DNA of 64,000 nt from Candidatus Bathyarchaeota archaeon (GTDB lineage Archaea; Thermoproteota; Bathyarchaeia; 40CM-2-53-6), in contig VBBD01000068.1 in NCBI GenBank assembly GCA_005882895.1, positions 4,626 through 68,625 of the forward strand, read 5' to 3'. Below are positions 28,402 to 37,798 of this stretch, piece after piece. The notes beneath the pieces are model-generated. The model made no database searches. It saw only the letters and a program-made list of their open reading frames with translations, and had not been told where the DNA came from. The first letter of the stretch is position 1; every line of letters starts with the position of its first letter. The position numbers and the translations under genes are program-made.

Positions 28402-29343
28402 TTACCACCATTTCTTGCTGTACTTTAGCGGTGCTGTTTTTTCGTCGAGCGCTGGCTTTCTGAACACGTAGAGATGTTCGTGAGCGATCTTATAGAAGTC
28501 GTAGCTATGTCCACGCCATCTCTGTCGAGTTGTCATCGTCTTGTGTTGAAGCTTGATTATGTCCTCTTTGAGGATGAAGCCGACGCTTAGAAATGCCTGC
28601 AAAACTCCAAGCGAGATCGGAATGTAATGTCGTCCCTTTCGCGTATCTCCGATAAGTACCCCACAGTATCGGTTGTTTTTCAAGACCCTATATGATTCGG
28701 CCGCGACTTTCCGCATCGCATCAATATAGGCCGGAAGCTTCAGACGCGAGAGGTCGTCCAATATCCGTTTTCCACTGTATGATATGATTCCAGCGTAGGG
28801 AGGATGAGTGGCAATAAGGTCGACAGCCTCGTCACCGATCAAATCCAGGTTTCGTGCATCGCCTACAAAGGTTCGAGTCTCTACGCGGCGCGGTCTATCA
28901 AGCGTATTGTAATCAAAACTCAACCTGTCTTGTGCTACCATTATGGCGTCAGGGTTGACGTCGACTCCGATCACGTCGCGGCCTAGGAGTTTGCTCTCTA
29001 CGAGAGTGGTTCCGCTTCCACACATCTGGTCGAGAACAAGCTCTCCAGGTTTGGAATATTTCGTGATCAGGTTTCGCGGTATGTAGGGACTCCAATTTCC
29101 CCGATAATTTCCAGAATGGGTCGCCCAGTCGCCTCTACTAGGAAAGCTCCACACCGTGAATTCTTCCGACTTGTAATCCTTCGGGGGCCCGAATTCCTTG
29201 ATTCGCCACGGTCTACCTATCTCTACGTCAACATTTTCTATTTTCACCCGTTGCTTCTCAGCGACGAACCTACGGTAGTCCTCTTCTGTTACGATTTGCA
29301 TTCCCATCAGTTTCTGGGGGTTCGCCATCTCTTGTACTTGCAA
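28402..29343 (-). CDS. Amino (N4-C/N6-A) DNA methyltransferase family protein
   Basis: SAM motif VLDQMCGSGTTL, catalytic ATHPPY, YRVLK, HEHLYVFRK. Confidence 0.85.
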   Translation of the reverse strand: MQVQEMANPQKLMGMQIVTEEDYRRFVAEKQRVKIENVDVEIGRPWRIKEFGPPKDYKSEEFTVWSFPSRGDWATHSGNYRGNWSPYIPRNLITKYSKPGELVLDQMCGSGTTLVESKLLGRDVIGVDVNPDAIMVAQDRLSFDYNTLDRPRRVETRTFVGDARNLDLIGDEAVDLIATHPPYAGIISYSGKRILDDLSRLKLPAYIDAMRKVAAESYRVLKNNRYCGVLIGDTRKGRHYIPISLGVLQAFLSVGFILKEDIIKLQHKTMTTRQRWRGHSYDFYKIAHEHLYVFRKPALDEKTAPLKYSKKWW

Positions 29344-29416
29344 AATACCAGCCCCAGCCTATTTGCCAGCCTAGATTAAACTTGATCAGACCATCGGAGC
29401 GTTACAGAGCCGCTCT

Positions 29417-29920
29417 TCACGGGATGGTTTTCTTGAGGCCGGGTATGACCTCTCCTGTGACCCATTGGACTCCGGCGCCAGATAGCACGTAGGAGCCTTT
29501 CTCGGCGATCAGTTTGCCTTCGCGTTTCAGTTCACTCGCTCGCGCTCTCACAACGGCTCCGCTGGTTGTCTTCCATGACGCTCCAAGGAGAGTGCTCAGT
29601 TCGTCGTCCCCGAAAGTCTTCGGGTGAGTGGCGTAAAGTACGAGTGCGAGAGCTTCTTTTGCTGACAGGGAATCCGCCGGGACGGTGAGATAGGGTCGTC
29701 CCTCTCCGCTAAACTGTACTATTCCCTTTAGCAAGTCTGAGGGTTCAGAGGTTTCTGGGGTCTGGACTGGTTCCGTTTTTGCTTGTACTATTCCATCTTT
29801 GAGTCGCAAGTTCTCGACAAGGTTCTCGAACTTGTCGCGGACGTATTCGAAGTCTCCTTCGAGCTCTATTTCCTGGTCCCTTGTCTTGATTCGGAACCTA
29901 AGTCGCTTCTCCTGTGACAT
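29417..29920 (-). CDS. Hypothetical protein, possible C-terminal winged helix
   Basis: EIELEGD N-terminal motif; ...VRARASELKREGKL...SYVLSGAG. Confidence 0.65.
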   Translation of the reverse strand: MSQEKRLRFRIKTRDQEIELEGDFEYVRDKFENLVENLRLKDGIVQAKTEPVQTPETSEPSDLLKGIVQFSGEGRPYLTVPADSLSAKEALALVLYATHPKTFGDDELSTLLGASWKTTSGAVVRARASELKREGKLIAEKGSYVLSGAGVQWVTGEVIPGLKKTIP

Positions 29921-30017
29921 GACTGTGCGTCTGAGTGTGCAACTGGCGGTCTATTTCGAGCTTTCCAATCGGAAGGCTGAGATGGGTGAGACTAAGGCTG
30001 GCAGAATGTAGAAATTC

Positions 30018-30254
30018 CTACACCCATTTCCCGAGAATCTTCTTGCACTCTGGACACAGTCCATGCCTCGAAACCACCGTTACTTTGCCACACCTCGCGC
30101 ACTTTCGAGGACCGCTCGCTCGAGTGCGAGAAGGTTGGTAAAATCTTCCCCTGAATCCCGGCGGTTTTACCGTACGTCTTCTGGTCCTTGACAATTCGTG
30201 AGTTCCATCGGTATCCTCTGTGGCATTTCTTCGACTTGCTCCCGGGGGTAGCAT
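30018..30254 (-). CDS. Small basic Zn-finger protein
   Basis: CARCG...LCPEC; Arg-rich; start uncertain. Confidence 0.55.
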   Translation of the reverse strand: MLPPGASRRNATEDTDGTHELSRTRRRTVKPPGFRGRFYQPSRTRASGPRKCARCGKVTVVSRHGLCPECKKILGKWV

Positions 30255-30452
30255 GGTCTGGGAATCGTCTTTCCCCTATCGATATGGATGACCCGGCTGA
30301 TTCTAGGAACGAGATAGGGGTCGTTAGGGTTGCGGTCAAATGATCGCAGCTATTTCTCATGTTGATGAGAAAACCGTTAGGGATACGGAAAGAAATATTG
30401 GAGGTTGGACCTTCAGCGGGTCGTTGCCTTGGTCGTATTTCGTTAGCTGGAC

Positions 30453-30944
30453 TTAGAATTGGTCCCTGGTGACGGTTTGTTTGTGGGCGTTCTGGCCTTC
30501 CAGTGCATGTACAACTGTTACTACTACTCTGACGGTCGGTATGAGAGCCATAGCGAGGAAGATCAGTGGGTACGCCCATGGCGTGCTGGCGAAGAAGCCG
30601 TTGACTAATGTCTTGCTGACGGTGTAGAGAATGTACAGAGCCATTAGCTGGAAGACCCAAGCGAGAATGGGTGCGTAAGCCCTGTAAGCCTTGTAAGTGT
30701 CTGAAACTGCGCTGGCCAGTTGGGTCCCGTATTTCAACACGACCGCTGCAACTACCAGCCCGACTGTAAAGAGTGCAAGGCTCACGACACTGTACGAGGT
30801 TCCCGGCACTGTTTGGGTAATTCCTGGGAAGCCCAGGATGATGCTCTGGACCACTACAAGGACGATGATTCCCGCGAGCAATCGTATGAGTGACGGCATT
30901 AAAGGCCGAAAGTCGCCGAACGAGTCATGAGTATTGGTCGGCAT
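30453..30944 (-). CDS. Hypothetical 4-TM membrane protein
   Basis: Four hydrophobic helices. Confidence 0.7.
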   Translation of the reverse strand: MPTNTHDSFGDFRPLMPSLIRLLAGIIVLVVVQSIILGFPGITQTVPGTSYSVVSLALFTVGLVVAAVVLKYGTQLASAVSDTYKAYRAYAPILAWVFQLMALYILYTVSKTLVNGFFASTPWAYPLIFLAMALIPTVRVVVTVVHALEGQNAHKQTVTRDQF

Positions 30945-31082
30945 CTCAAGACCACTTTTCCAAGGACCAACTAGCCAAGCCGCCGATTAGCCGGTGGCGG
31001 AACTCTCCGCCGACACTCAGCGTTACACTTGATGCTTAGCCATGTCCCTTTGTCCCCACGGTGAGAAGGAGATGATTGCCCG

Positions 31083-31328
31083 ATGGCCGAACTGAAAGTC
31101 TACCTGTCCGAAGAGCTTGACAAGAGATTCAGGATGCTTGCTATGAGCGTCTTTGGCTATGGTCGGGGTTCTCTGAGCGAGGCCGCCGTGGACGCGCTCA
31201 CCAAATGGTGTGAGGAGCATGAGGCTCGAAAGCTGGACCAGGAACCGAAGGAAGGGCCTTTACATTCGAACTCGGATCCTGTCTCGCGCGCGGAAGAGCG
31301 GCCCGGAGCCGTCTCATCTGGAACGTGA
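31083..31328 (+). CDS. Ribbon-helix-helix (CopG-like) DNA-binding protein
   Basis: LKVYLSEELDKRFR...GYGRGSLSEAAVDAL; GGAG upstream. Confidence 0.75.
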   Translation: MAELKVYLSEELDKRFRMLAMSVFGYGRGSLSEAAVDALTKWCEEHEARKLDQEPKEGPLHSNSDPVSRAEERPGAVSSGT

Positions 31329-31408
31329 GAAAACTCTAGCTCTGCTCTCCCGGTTAGCTAAGCCATATTTCAAGACATTCGGACCTCTATTCTGGGGAGA
31401 CTGGACGC

Positions 31409-32197
31409 ATGCCTGCCAAGATTCAGAGATTGGATTTTTCCTCTCGAAGAAAGTGGCGAGCTTGGCTTGCAAAGAATCACCGACTTGACAGGGATGTCTG
31501 GCTAGTCTATGATAAGATGCTCTTCCAAACGCGTGCAATCTCATACAGAGATTTCCTCGGCGATGCGGTCGAAGAAGCGATATGCTATGGCTGGATTGAC
31601 AGTAGAGTCAAGCGAATCGGCAAGTCGAGACTTGCAATACGCTTCACCCCGCGCAGGTCAACCGGCAATTGGTCGAAGTACAATAGAGTACGTGCGCTGA
31701 TGCTTCTTCACAACGGTAAGATGACGAAAGCAGGTATAGACGTTCTACCGGCAGAATGGGCAACCAAGATCGTTGACAGAGGCCAAGGTCAAAGCAGGAA
31801 GGTCGCCGATGTAGTGGATGGAATATTGATGGATGGGAAGAGGCTGCTGGTAGAGAAAAGGCGAGATGATGACGATGCAGATCCGGGATTCACTGAGATC
31901 CCTGGTGGCCATGTGGACAAAGACGAAACGTTGGAGGATGCGCTGAGAAGAGAGATGAGGGAAGAGCTTGAGATCGACATCGAGAAGGCGAAGCTCGTAC
32001 AGAGGAGCCTTTACACCGCGACCAATGGCGAGAGGCAGAAAATTCACTACTTTCACGTGGAGAGGTGGAACGGCAGAATCGTGTCCAAGGAAGCAGAGCG
32101 GGTGTACTGGGAATCTGATTTTTCCAATCTCAGCATTATTCCGGATAGGAGAGCCGTTCGGAGGATTCTGAGAGTTCAACCCAAGGATGACAAATAG
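31409..32197 (+). CDS. YdeI/OmpD-associated N-domain fused to NUDIX hydrolase
   Basis: WRAWLAKNH...AVEEAICYGWIDS...RFTPRR...WSKYN...GKMTKAG, then NUDIX box GGHVDKDETLEDALRREMREEL. Confidence 0.85.
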   Translation: MPAKIQRLDFSSRRKWRAWLAKNHRLDRDVWLVYDKMLFQTRAISYRDFLGDAVEEAICYGWIDSRVKRIGKSRLAIRFTPRRSTGNWSKYNRVRALMLLHNGKMTKAGIDVLPAEWATKIVDRGQGQSRKVADVVDGILMDGKRLLVEKRRDDDDADPGFTEIPGGHVDKDETLEDALRREMREELEIDIEKAKLVQRSLYTATNGERQKIHYFHVERWNGRIVSKEAERVYWESDFSNLSIIPDRRAVRRILRVQPKDDK

Positions 32198-32336
32198 ACA
32201 GGCTCAGGCCTTCGAAACCGGCGCCTGCCACAGCGAATCTGGTTCATAGCCGCTGAGAAGCTCTTGGGGCTCAGAGAGGACAACCGTTTAGACGGGTACT
32301 AGTGAACACCGGTTTAGAGGCTCAGTTGGTTTATGA

Positions 32337-33525
32337 GGCCCGATAGATGAAAATCCTCTTTCCCGACGTTCCCAGGGCAACCAATGGTTAGAGGAGCTGC
32401 GATATCTGAGAAGCCAGGTTAGGGCCGAAATTCGGTACTACATAGATGCTCACAAGGCTCAGAGATTCAAGCTCAGCCTCTTTGAGCTAATGAGCCTGAA
32501 CAGTTTTCCCAACCCCGTCAACCAAACACTATACTTCAACAATGACGAGCACGAAGTCCCCTTCACGTACTCGATCAGAGGACGCAGATACGAGCAAAAG
32601 CCGTTCAAAGAACGGTTCAAGCTCAAGCTGAGCGACAAGTTATTCTAGAAATCACTTTCTGGAAAGCGATCGAGGAGTGCGCGTTACAATGGATGAAGAC
32701 GTCCGGTACTTCACGTTTGATGGACTCGCGGGGAAAATGCTCGGGGCCTCGAACCGTGCAATTGTCGAGCTGAAAATTCCGCCAGGGAGAACACGTTCTC
32801 CACTGGTCAGAAAAATCCACGGTCTGCTCAGGAAAGAGAACGCGGAACAGGGAATTTCCAAGAAGGCCACGATCTTCAATCTCATCGAGGACCGAGCAAG
32901 GAAATCAGGCGAAGCCTACAAGGAACCGAGCCACAACACAGAGATCAAAGCAAAAGTTGCGCTTGACGCAGAGGATCAGGACATTTTCCCCCGGATAAGG
33001 AGCGATCTATCCAAGGGGAAAATCGAAGGGTTCAGACTCTCTGACTCCTTCCCGAATGTTATGGAGACTGGCAAGCTCTACCACTACGTTCAGATGCCCA
33101 TGCACGAGTACGTCAGGTTCGAAAGCAGTGGTCTGTCGAGGTCCGCGACGATCAAGGAGAACTTTCAGGTCGTAGAGGATCCCTACAGACTGGGTAATGT
33201 GATAAAGAGACGGGAAATTGAGGAGCCTATTCAGCCGGACATGTTGAAGATGCCCTACAAGATTCTCACCAGGAGGAGGAAGTACTTCATGGTTGAACGG
33301 GACGGTGGGAGCAGGGAGTACGCGGTGATGATGGATAGGAGCACACATCGAGGCCACGAACTCTACCAGTTGGAGGTAGAGGACGTTCTGAACTCGCCTT
33401 CACCTAGGACCGAGACCCGAAGCATCAACGACGTAGCATCCATGACCAACTATCTAATAGAAGAGTACTCACTGGAACCTACGACGTTGACGAAAAATCA
33501 GTGGCTGATGAGTCTACCGAACTAG
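32337..33525 (+). pseudogene. Tandem VTC-like / CYTH triphosphate-tunnel protein, disrupted
   Basis: Upstream frame 32337-32648 reads RAEIRYYI...NQTLYFNN...SIRGRRY. The LEI motif is frameshifted and joined to HF..GVRVTMDEDVRY..IVELK of ORF 32677-33525, which continues with a second domain (TEIKAK...YQLEVE...TKNQWL). Confidence 0.6.
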
Positions 33526-33532
33526 GGTATCT

Positions 33533-34324
33533 TCAGGGTTTGGCAGCAAACCGAGAAACCGGATTCTCTCTGGAGACCTCGACGAATTTTCGATAGTTCT
33601 TATTCCGATTCTCTATCTCAATGTTCAGCGCTACCTGAAGCTCCGTGGATCTTTTTAGCCCCTGAAGATACTCAATCATAACATCGTGATCACGTATGGT
33701 GCCAAGTAGATCTTGCCATGATCGGAGGGTCACTAGCGGTTTCGGGGGTCTTGAGAACTCGGACATTTCCAAAATGTAACGGAGTTGTTTACAGTCTCTT
33801 CTGACCACGTGCAACTCCTCCACCTTAGACGGGTCCTCCCTTACAAGCGGGAGTTCGCTTGTGATCTTCGAGCTCAGGTTTCTCACAACTTTGTTGTATC
33901 TTCTCTGGAGTACAGAGTCGGAAAGGTCTCTCGATTTCAAACGAGGTCCCGGGTCTTTCTGAACGGACAACGCTAGCTGTTTCGCTTGGTCCAGATGGGA
34001 TTTACGTGATTTCCTCATGTTCTCTATGAGCCGTTCGTGTGTGGGATGCTTGTTCATTGACAGTTTCGAGAGAATAATATCCTGGTCTCTCACACTGGCG
34101 TTTACTTTCATCAGTTTCTTGATGCGAGCCATGGCTTTCTGTGCATTGTTCTGGTTCCTAGTGGCCTTTGGAAGCAATGCGAAAGCGGCCTGCAGTCGAC
34201 GGGTCGCTGTCCGAAGCCGGTGAACGTTTTCGGCGTTTGGGTCTCTGAGGTAGGCCTTGACTCTCCGAGTCAGCGCTTTCGCGAATCTGTCGTACTCTTT
34301 CGCGAAAGAGTCGCGGGTAATCAA
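33533..34324 (-). CDS. CHAD domain protein (polyphosphate-binding)
   Basis: VHRLRTATRRL, VRDQD, LHVVRRDCKQLRY, QDLLGTIRDHDV. Confidence 0.9.
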   Translation of the reverse strand: MITRDSFAKEYDRFAKALTRRVKAYLRDPNAENVHRLRTATRRLQAAFALLPKATRNQNNAQKAMARIKKLMKVNASVRDQDIILSKLSMNKHPTHERLIENMRKSRKSHLDQAKQLALSVQKDPGPRLKSRDLSDSVLQRRYNKVVRNLSSKITSELPLVREDPSKVEELHVVRRDCKQLRYILEMSEFSRPPKPLVTLRSWQDLLGTIRDHDVMIEYLQGLKRSTELQVALNIEIENRNKNYRKFVEVSRENPVSRFAAKP

Positions 34325-34372
34325 GGGAAGGCTGGGTTCGAGAAGTGAGACTACTTAGGTTTTCTTCGGCGT

Positions 34373-35836
34373 CTACAGGGCGAGCTGAAGATTGAAAGCG
34401 CCTTCAAGGTCTTCGAGGTCTCTAAGAATATCTTTCATGAGCACTTTTGGAATGTGTTGCTTGCCTTGGGCTATGCGAAGGCGAGGGATTCCGCGCTCAG
34501 AACGCATGGATAGATGGATGTCCGTCTTCTGTTGGAGTTGGGCTAGTTGTATCAGTACTGAGATTTTCTTCACCATCTCCATGCTTTTCTTGTCCAGCAG
34601 GCGCTTGTAGCTTGTCTGAGCCCAATCCGTCCTCCTCATTCCATTCGCTCTTGCCACAGACAAGGCCATGATGAGCTGGTCTTGGTGTGGTAGTAGGCTG
34701 TCAGCCTCCAATACTATGTAGAACAGGGTCTCCGGATTGTATATGGGGAGGTCTGGCAAGACGTGATCCAAGGCTTCGGAGAGGATGGCATATTCCTTCT
34801 TCGTCAAGTTTCTGTGTGATAAGAGGGATTTGGCCAGTTTTTCTTGGGCGGAGGCTTTCGTCTGTGTTGGTGTTCCTTCGCGGATCAAAACCCTGTCTGC
34901 GAGTCCACGGCGGTACAAGCTGGGGCTTTCGAGGAAAGCTGAGAGCACTCCGTCTCTGAGACCGTGGGTACTGACGATGAGTTTGCGGAATCCAATCTTC
35001 TTCATCATGAGGTGAACTACTAAGGACCCGGCGATGATTGATTGGCTTCTTTCCTGGCCTATAGCTGGATTCTTTCTGATAGCTCTTAGACTCATTCTGC
35101 GAAGGGCGCTGTGCACTGATTCCACGGCGTTCCTCTTCATCGAATAATTGTGCAGCTTGTTGAGAGGGTACTTGCGGCGCATCTGGTCGTACCTAGCTAA
35201 TGCGCGCACGGAGCCTCCGACCCCTACGAGGTCGAGGCTTTTCGAAGTTGGAAGATTTTTCTTGTCCGGCAAGAGTTCGAGTATTCGTTTTCTCATTCGT
35301 GCATAGTTTTTCTTTGCGTAAGATCCATTTGCCTTAGCATAGAGGTCGGTCAGCCTCAATCCTCCTAGGGGGACTGAGAGGATTTTTCTGACAGTCGGCT
35401 CTGAGTAGATGACCATCTCCAGGCTTCCTCCTCCAAGGTCGAAGAACAAGCCGGAATGAACGCTCGTGGCGCTCTTGGCTCCTTCGAACGCGTACACCGC
35501 TTCTTCCTTTTCGGATAGAACTTTGAACTTGAACCCGGTTTCCTGATCCGCTTGTTTGAGGAATTCCTCTCTGTTCCCAGCTTCCCTGACAGCGCTGGTC
35601 GCGACCGGGAGGACGTGGTCTGGTCTCTCTAAGTCCACTATGGCGCGGAACTGTTTCAGAGCTTTGAGAGTACGTCGGATGGGTTTGTCTCCGAGAAAGC
35701 CAGTTTGATCAAGCCCTTCTCCAACCTTAGCGAGGACCGAATGCTGTCCATACGCGACGAACGACTTGTCCCGCCTAACTTCGTAGTTCACCAGTTTTAG
35801 CGAGTTGTAACCTAGGTCTATCACGGAGACTTTCAA
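34373..35836 (-). CDS. ppx: Ppx/GppA exopolyphosphatase
   Basis: IDLGYNSLKL, ATSAVREAGN, LSEKEEA, DLGGGSLE, GVGGSVRAL, GLRDG. Confidence 0.9.
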   Translation of the reverse strand: MKVSVIDLGYNSLKLVNYEVRRDKSFVAYGQHSVLAKVGEGLDQTGFLGDKPIRRTLKALKQFRAIVDLERPDHVLPVATSAVREAGNREEFLKQADQETGFKFKVLSEKEEAVYAFEGAKSATSVHSGLFFDLGGGSLEMVIYSEPTVRKILSVPLGGLRLTDLYAKANGSYAKKNYARMRKRILELLPDKKNLPTSKSLDLVGVGGSVRALARYDQMRRKYPLNKLHNYSMKRNAVESVHSALRRMSLRAIRKNPAIGQERSQSIIAGSLVVHLMMKKIGFRKLIVSTHGLRDGVLSAFLESPSLYRRGLADRVLIREGTPTQTKASAQEKLAKSLLSHRNLTKKEYAILSEALDHVLPDLPIYNPETLFYIVLEADSLLPHQDQLIMALSVARANGMRRTDWAQTSYKRLLDKKSMEMVKKISVLIQLAQLQQKTDIHLSMRSERGIPRLRIAQGKQHIPKVLMKDILRDLEDLEGAFNLQLAL

Positions 35837-35904
35837 ACTTGGCTAGGCCCGCCCGTCGCTTACGTTTCACTTCGGCGGGTTCAAGGGTATTCGTCTTGGG
35901 CATA

Positions 35905-36522
35905 TCAAGACATCTTAGCGATAATTTTCGGCGTGAGAAGCCAACGGAGTTCGCCGGAGACGCGAGGAGTAAACGATGTTATTCGGACTTTTGCGACCCC
36001 TCCCTTTTTCAGAACTATCTTAGCGCTCGTGGTCCCCATGATCTCTCCTATCATGGAAGTGAGGTAAGGTTCGTGGCCTACCAGGATCGGTCTGGAGTTT
36101 TGTCCGAGTCGTGCAAGTTTGCGATAGAGTCCTGTTTTGCTTCCGTCAGGTTTCAATTCGTCCCATTCTTCCAATGTCGGGATCTCAAGGATCTTAGCCG
36201 CAATTTCAGCGGTCTCTCGAGCTCTTCTCAACGGACTTGTATAGATCCGGTCCGTTTGGAGTCCGATTGCCTTCAATGACTTTGCTATTTTCTCCATCTC
36301 AGTTCGGCCTTCTGGTGTTAGGGGTCGTTCGGAATCCTTCTCCACAACTGTCATTCGGTTCCCAGCCTCTCCATGCCTTAGTATGAAGAGGTCGATTTTC
36401 GCAGAGCCCGCCGTCTTTGATAGAGTCCGAACGGGCGTTGGTGGAATTGCCTTCTTGATCTCGACCTCCTTGTTGTCCGAGAAAGCGCGCCGTTGTCTCC
36501 TCGCTCTCCTAGGCTCTGTCAA
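35905..36522 (-). CDS. sixA: Phosphohistidine phosphatase SixA
   Basis: LRHGEA, RPLTPEG, TSPLRRARETA, LVGHEP, LKKGG. Confidence 0.9.
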   Translation of the reverse strand: MTEPRRARRQRRAFSDNKEVEIKKAIPPTPVRTLSKTAGSAKIDLFILRHGEAGNRMTVVEKDSERPLTPEGRTEMEKIAKSLKAIGLQTDRIYTSPLRRARETAEIAAKILEIPTLEEWDELKPDGSKTGLYRKLARLGQNSRPILVGHEPYLTSMIGEIMGTTSAKIVLKKGGVAKVRITSFTPRVSGELRWLLTPKIIAKMS

Positions 36523-36589
36523 TTGTCCCTATGGCAAGGTTCGGTGAGTCAGATAAAGTTCAGTAACCACACCTTCTCCGTTCAAAACC

Positions 36590-37396
36590 ATGAGTTGGAC
36601 CAGGATGGTCAAGCTACCGCGGGCTCTCGGTTTCGGCCGAGAGATCGAATCGATCCTTCTCATACTGTCAGACCATCCTGAGGAAATTGTCAGAAAGATT
36701 GCTGATAAGAAAAGCGTCGGAGATTATCTATTGGTTGGGGAGAAGAAGAAGTCTCTTGCCGACACATACTTCGACACTCCCGGCCACTTTCTTTCGCATC
36801 GCAAGCTGAATTTGAGAATACGGACAGATAGCCAGGATCGTTGGATCACCATGAAGACACATCCTAGACGAACCCTCTGGGGTGGAATGGTCCGATCTGA
36901 GATGGAGGTTCCCTGGTCACAGGAGACTGTTGAAAAAGTGGTTTCCGAGTTGAAAATCCCGCATCAGCCTCCTAGTCATGCCGGCCAGACAAATCTTTCA
37001 GACCCAATTGAGCTACTCAAGAGCAAAGGCCTTGTTCCTATCCAGCATCGAGAGACCCAACGGCAGGTACGAGATGTTACGTCTAGCCCCGAAGGGTCCC
37101 CCGTCCTAGCCGAACTAGACATTGACTCAGTGCTTTACGACTTCGACGATCAAAAGATACGCCTTTTCGAGGTCGAAGTGGAGAGTAAGTCCGAAAAAGG
37201 TCAGAACGCGGTCAAGAGCGTTACCAGGAGCCTGAGGGGAGAGTACGGCTCTATCTTACGAAGCTGGCGTCACGGAAAACTCGCGACTGGAACGGGGATC
37301 GCTAAGCTGTTGAAATCGGGAGAGCTGAAACCTCTGATCGATGCTGAAAACCGGCTTCTACCGGCCGCTTACGACAGGCTCAACCGAATACTCTGA
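36590..37396 (+). CDS. CYTH domain protein
   Basis: REIES, DTYFDT, LRIR, ITMK, RSEME, FEVEVESK. Confidence 0.85.
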   Translation: MSWTRMVKLPRALGFGREIESILLILSDHPEEIVRKIADKKSVGDYLLVGEKKKSLADTYFDTPGHFLSHRKLNLRIRTDSQDRWITMKTHPRRTLWGGMVRSEMEVPWSQETVEKVVSELKIPHQPPSHAGQTNLSDPIELLKSKGLVPIQHRETQRQVRDVTSSPEGSPVLAELDIDSVLYDFDDQKIRLFEVEVESKSEKGQNAVKSVTRSLRGEYGSILRSWRHGKLATGTGIAKLLKSGELKPLIDAENRLLPAAYDRLNRIL

Positions 37397-37456
37397 CGCC
37401 CGTATCGGGCAAGATCCGTCCAGGTAATCTTCTTAGCATCGAGGGCCCACGTCATA

Positions 37457-37798
37457 GTGGGGAGTGTATTGCTCCGCCCTAAGAGAGGCGAGGCTATCGC
37501 GTCCGTTCTGTTCGCTTTCACAGCCACCGGCTTGATCGCCCTCTTGTACAACCTTAACCCATTCAATAGCTGGGCGCTCTTGGCCGGAGTCTGGGCGAGC
37601 TCGGAAGCACTCATTCTCTATCTCCTTCAGAACCAGCGTAGGAATGAAAAAGAATTCCAAAAACGTCCAGTCAGCTTTCCCAACCCCGAAGGGGGCGGAA
37701 TTCTCGGCGAATACGTGAACCGTCCCTGGCAGAACGAGCTCGCCGAGCTTGGCCGACGATACCCGAGCAAGAAGGCGAAGAAACAGAAGAGGGACTAG
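37457..37798 (+). CDS. Small membrane protein
   Basis: Two TM helices and a basic tail; abuts the next ORF. Confidence 0.55.
   Translation: MGSVLLRPKRGEAIASVLFAFTATGLIALLYNLNPFNSWALLAGVWASSEALILYLLQNQRRNEKEFQKRPVSFPNPEGGGILGEYVNRPWQNELAELGRRYPSKKAKKQKRD

Noticed and set aside
29992..30660. 222-aa ORF and similar shadow ORFs (e.g. 4853-5308, 38182-38763, 50836-51354)
   Set aside because: They overlap better-supported genes in other frames or strands and have no motifs.
32646..32648. TAG readthrough in the VTC-like gene
   Set aside because: The downstream homologous sequence is in a different frame, so readthrough would not restore the protein.
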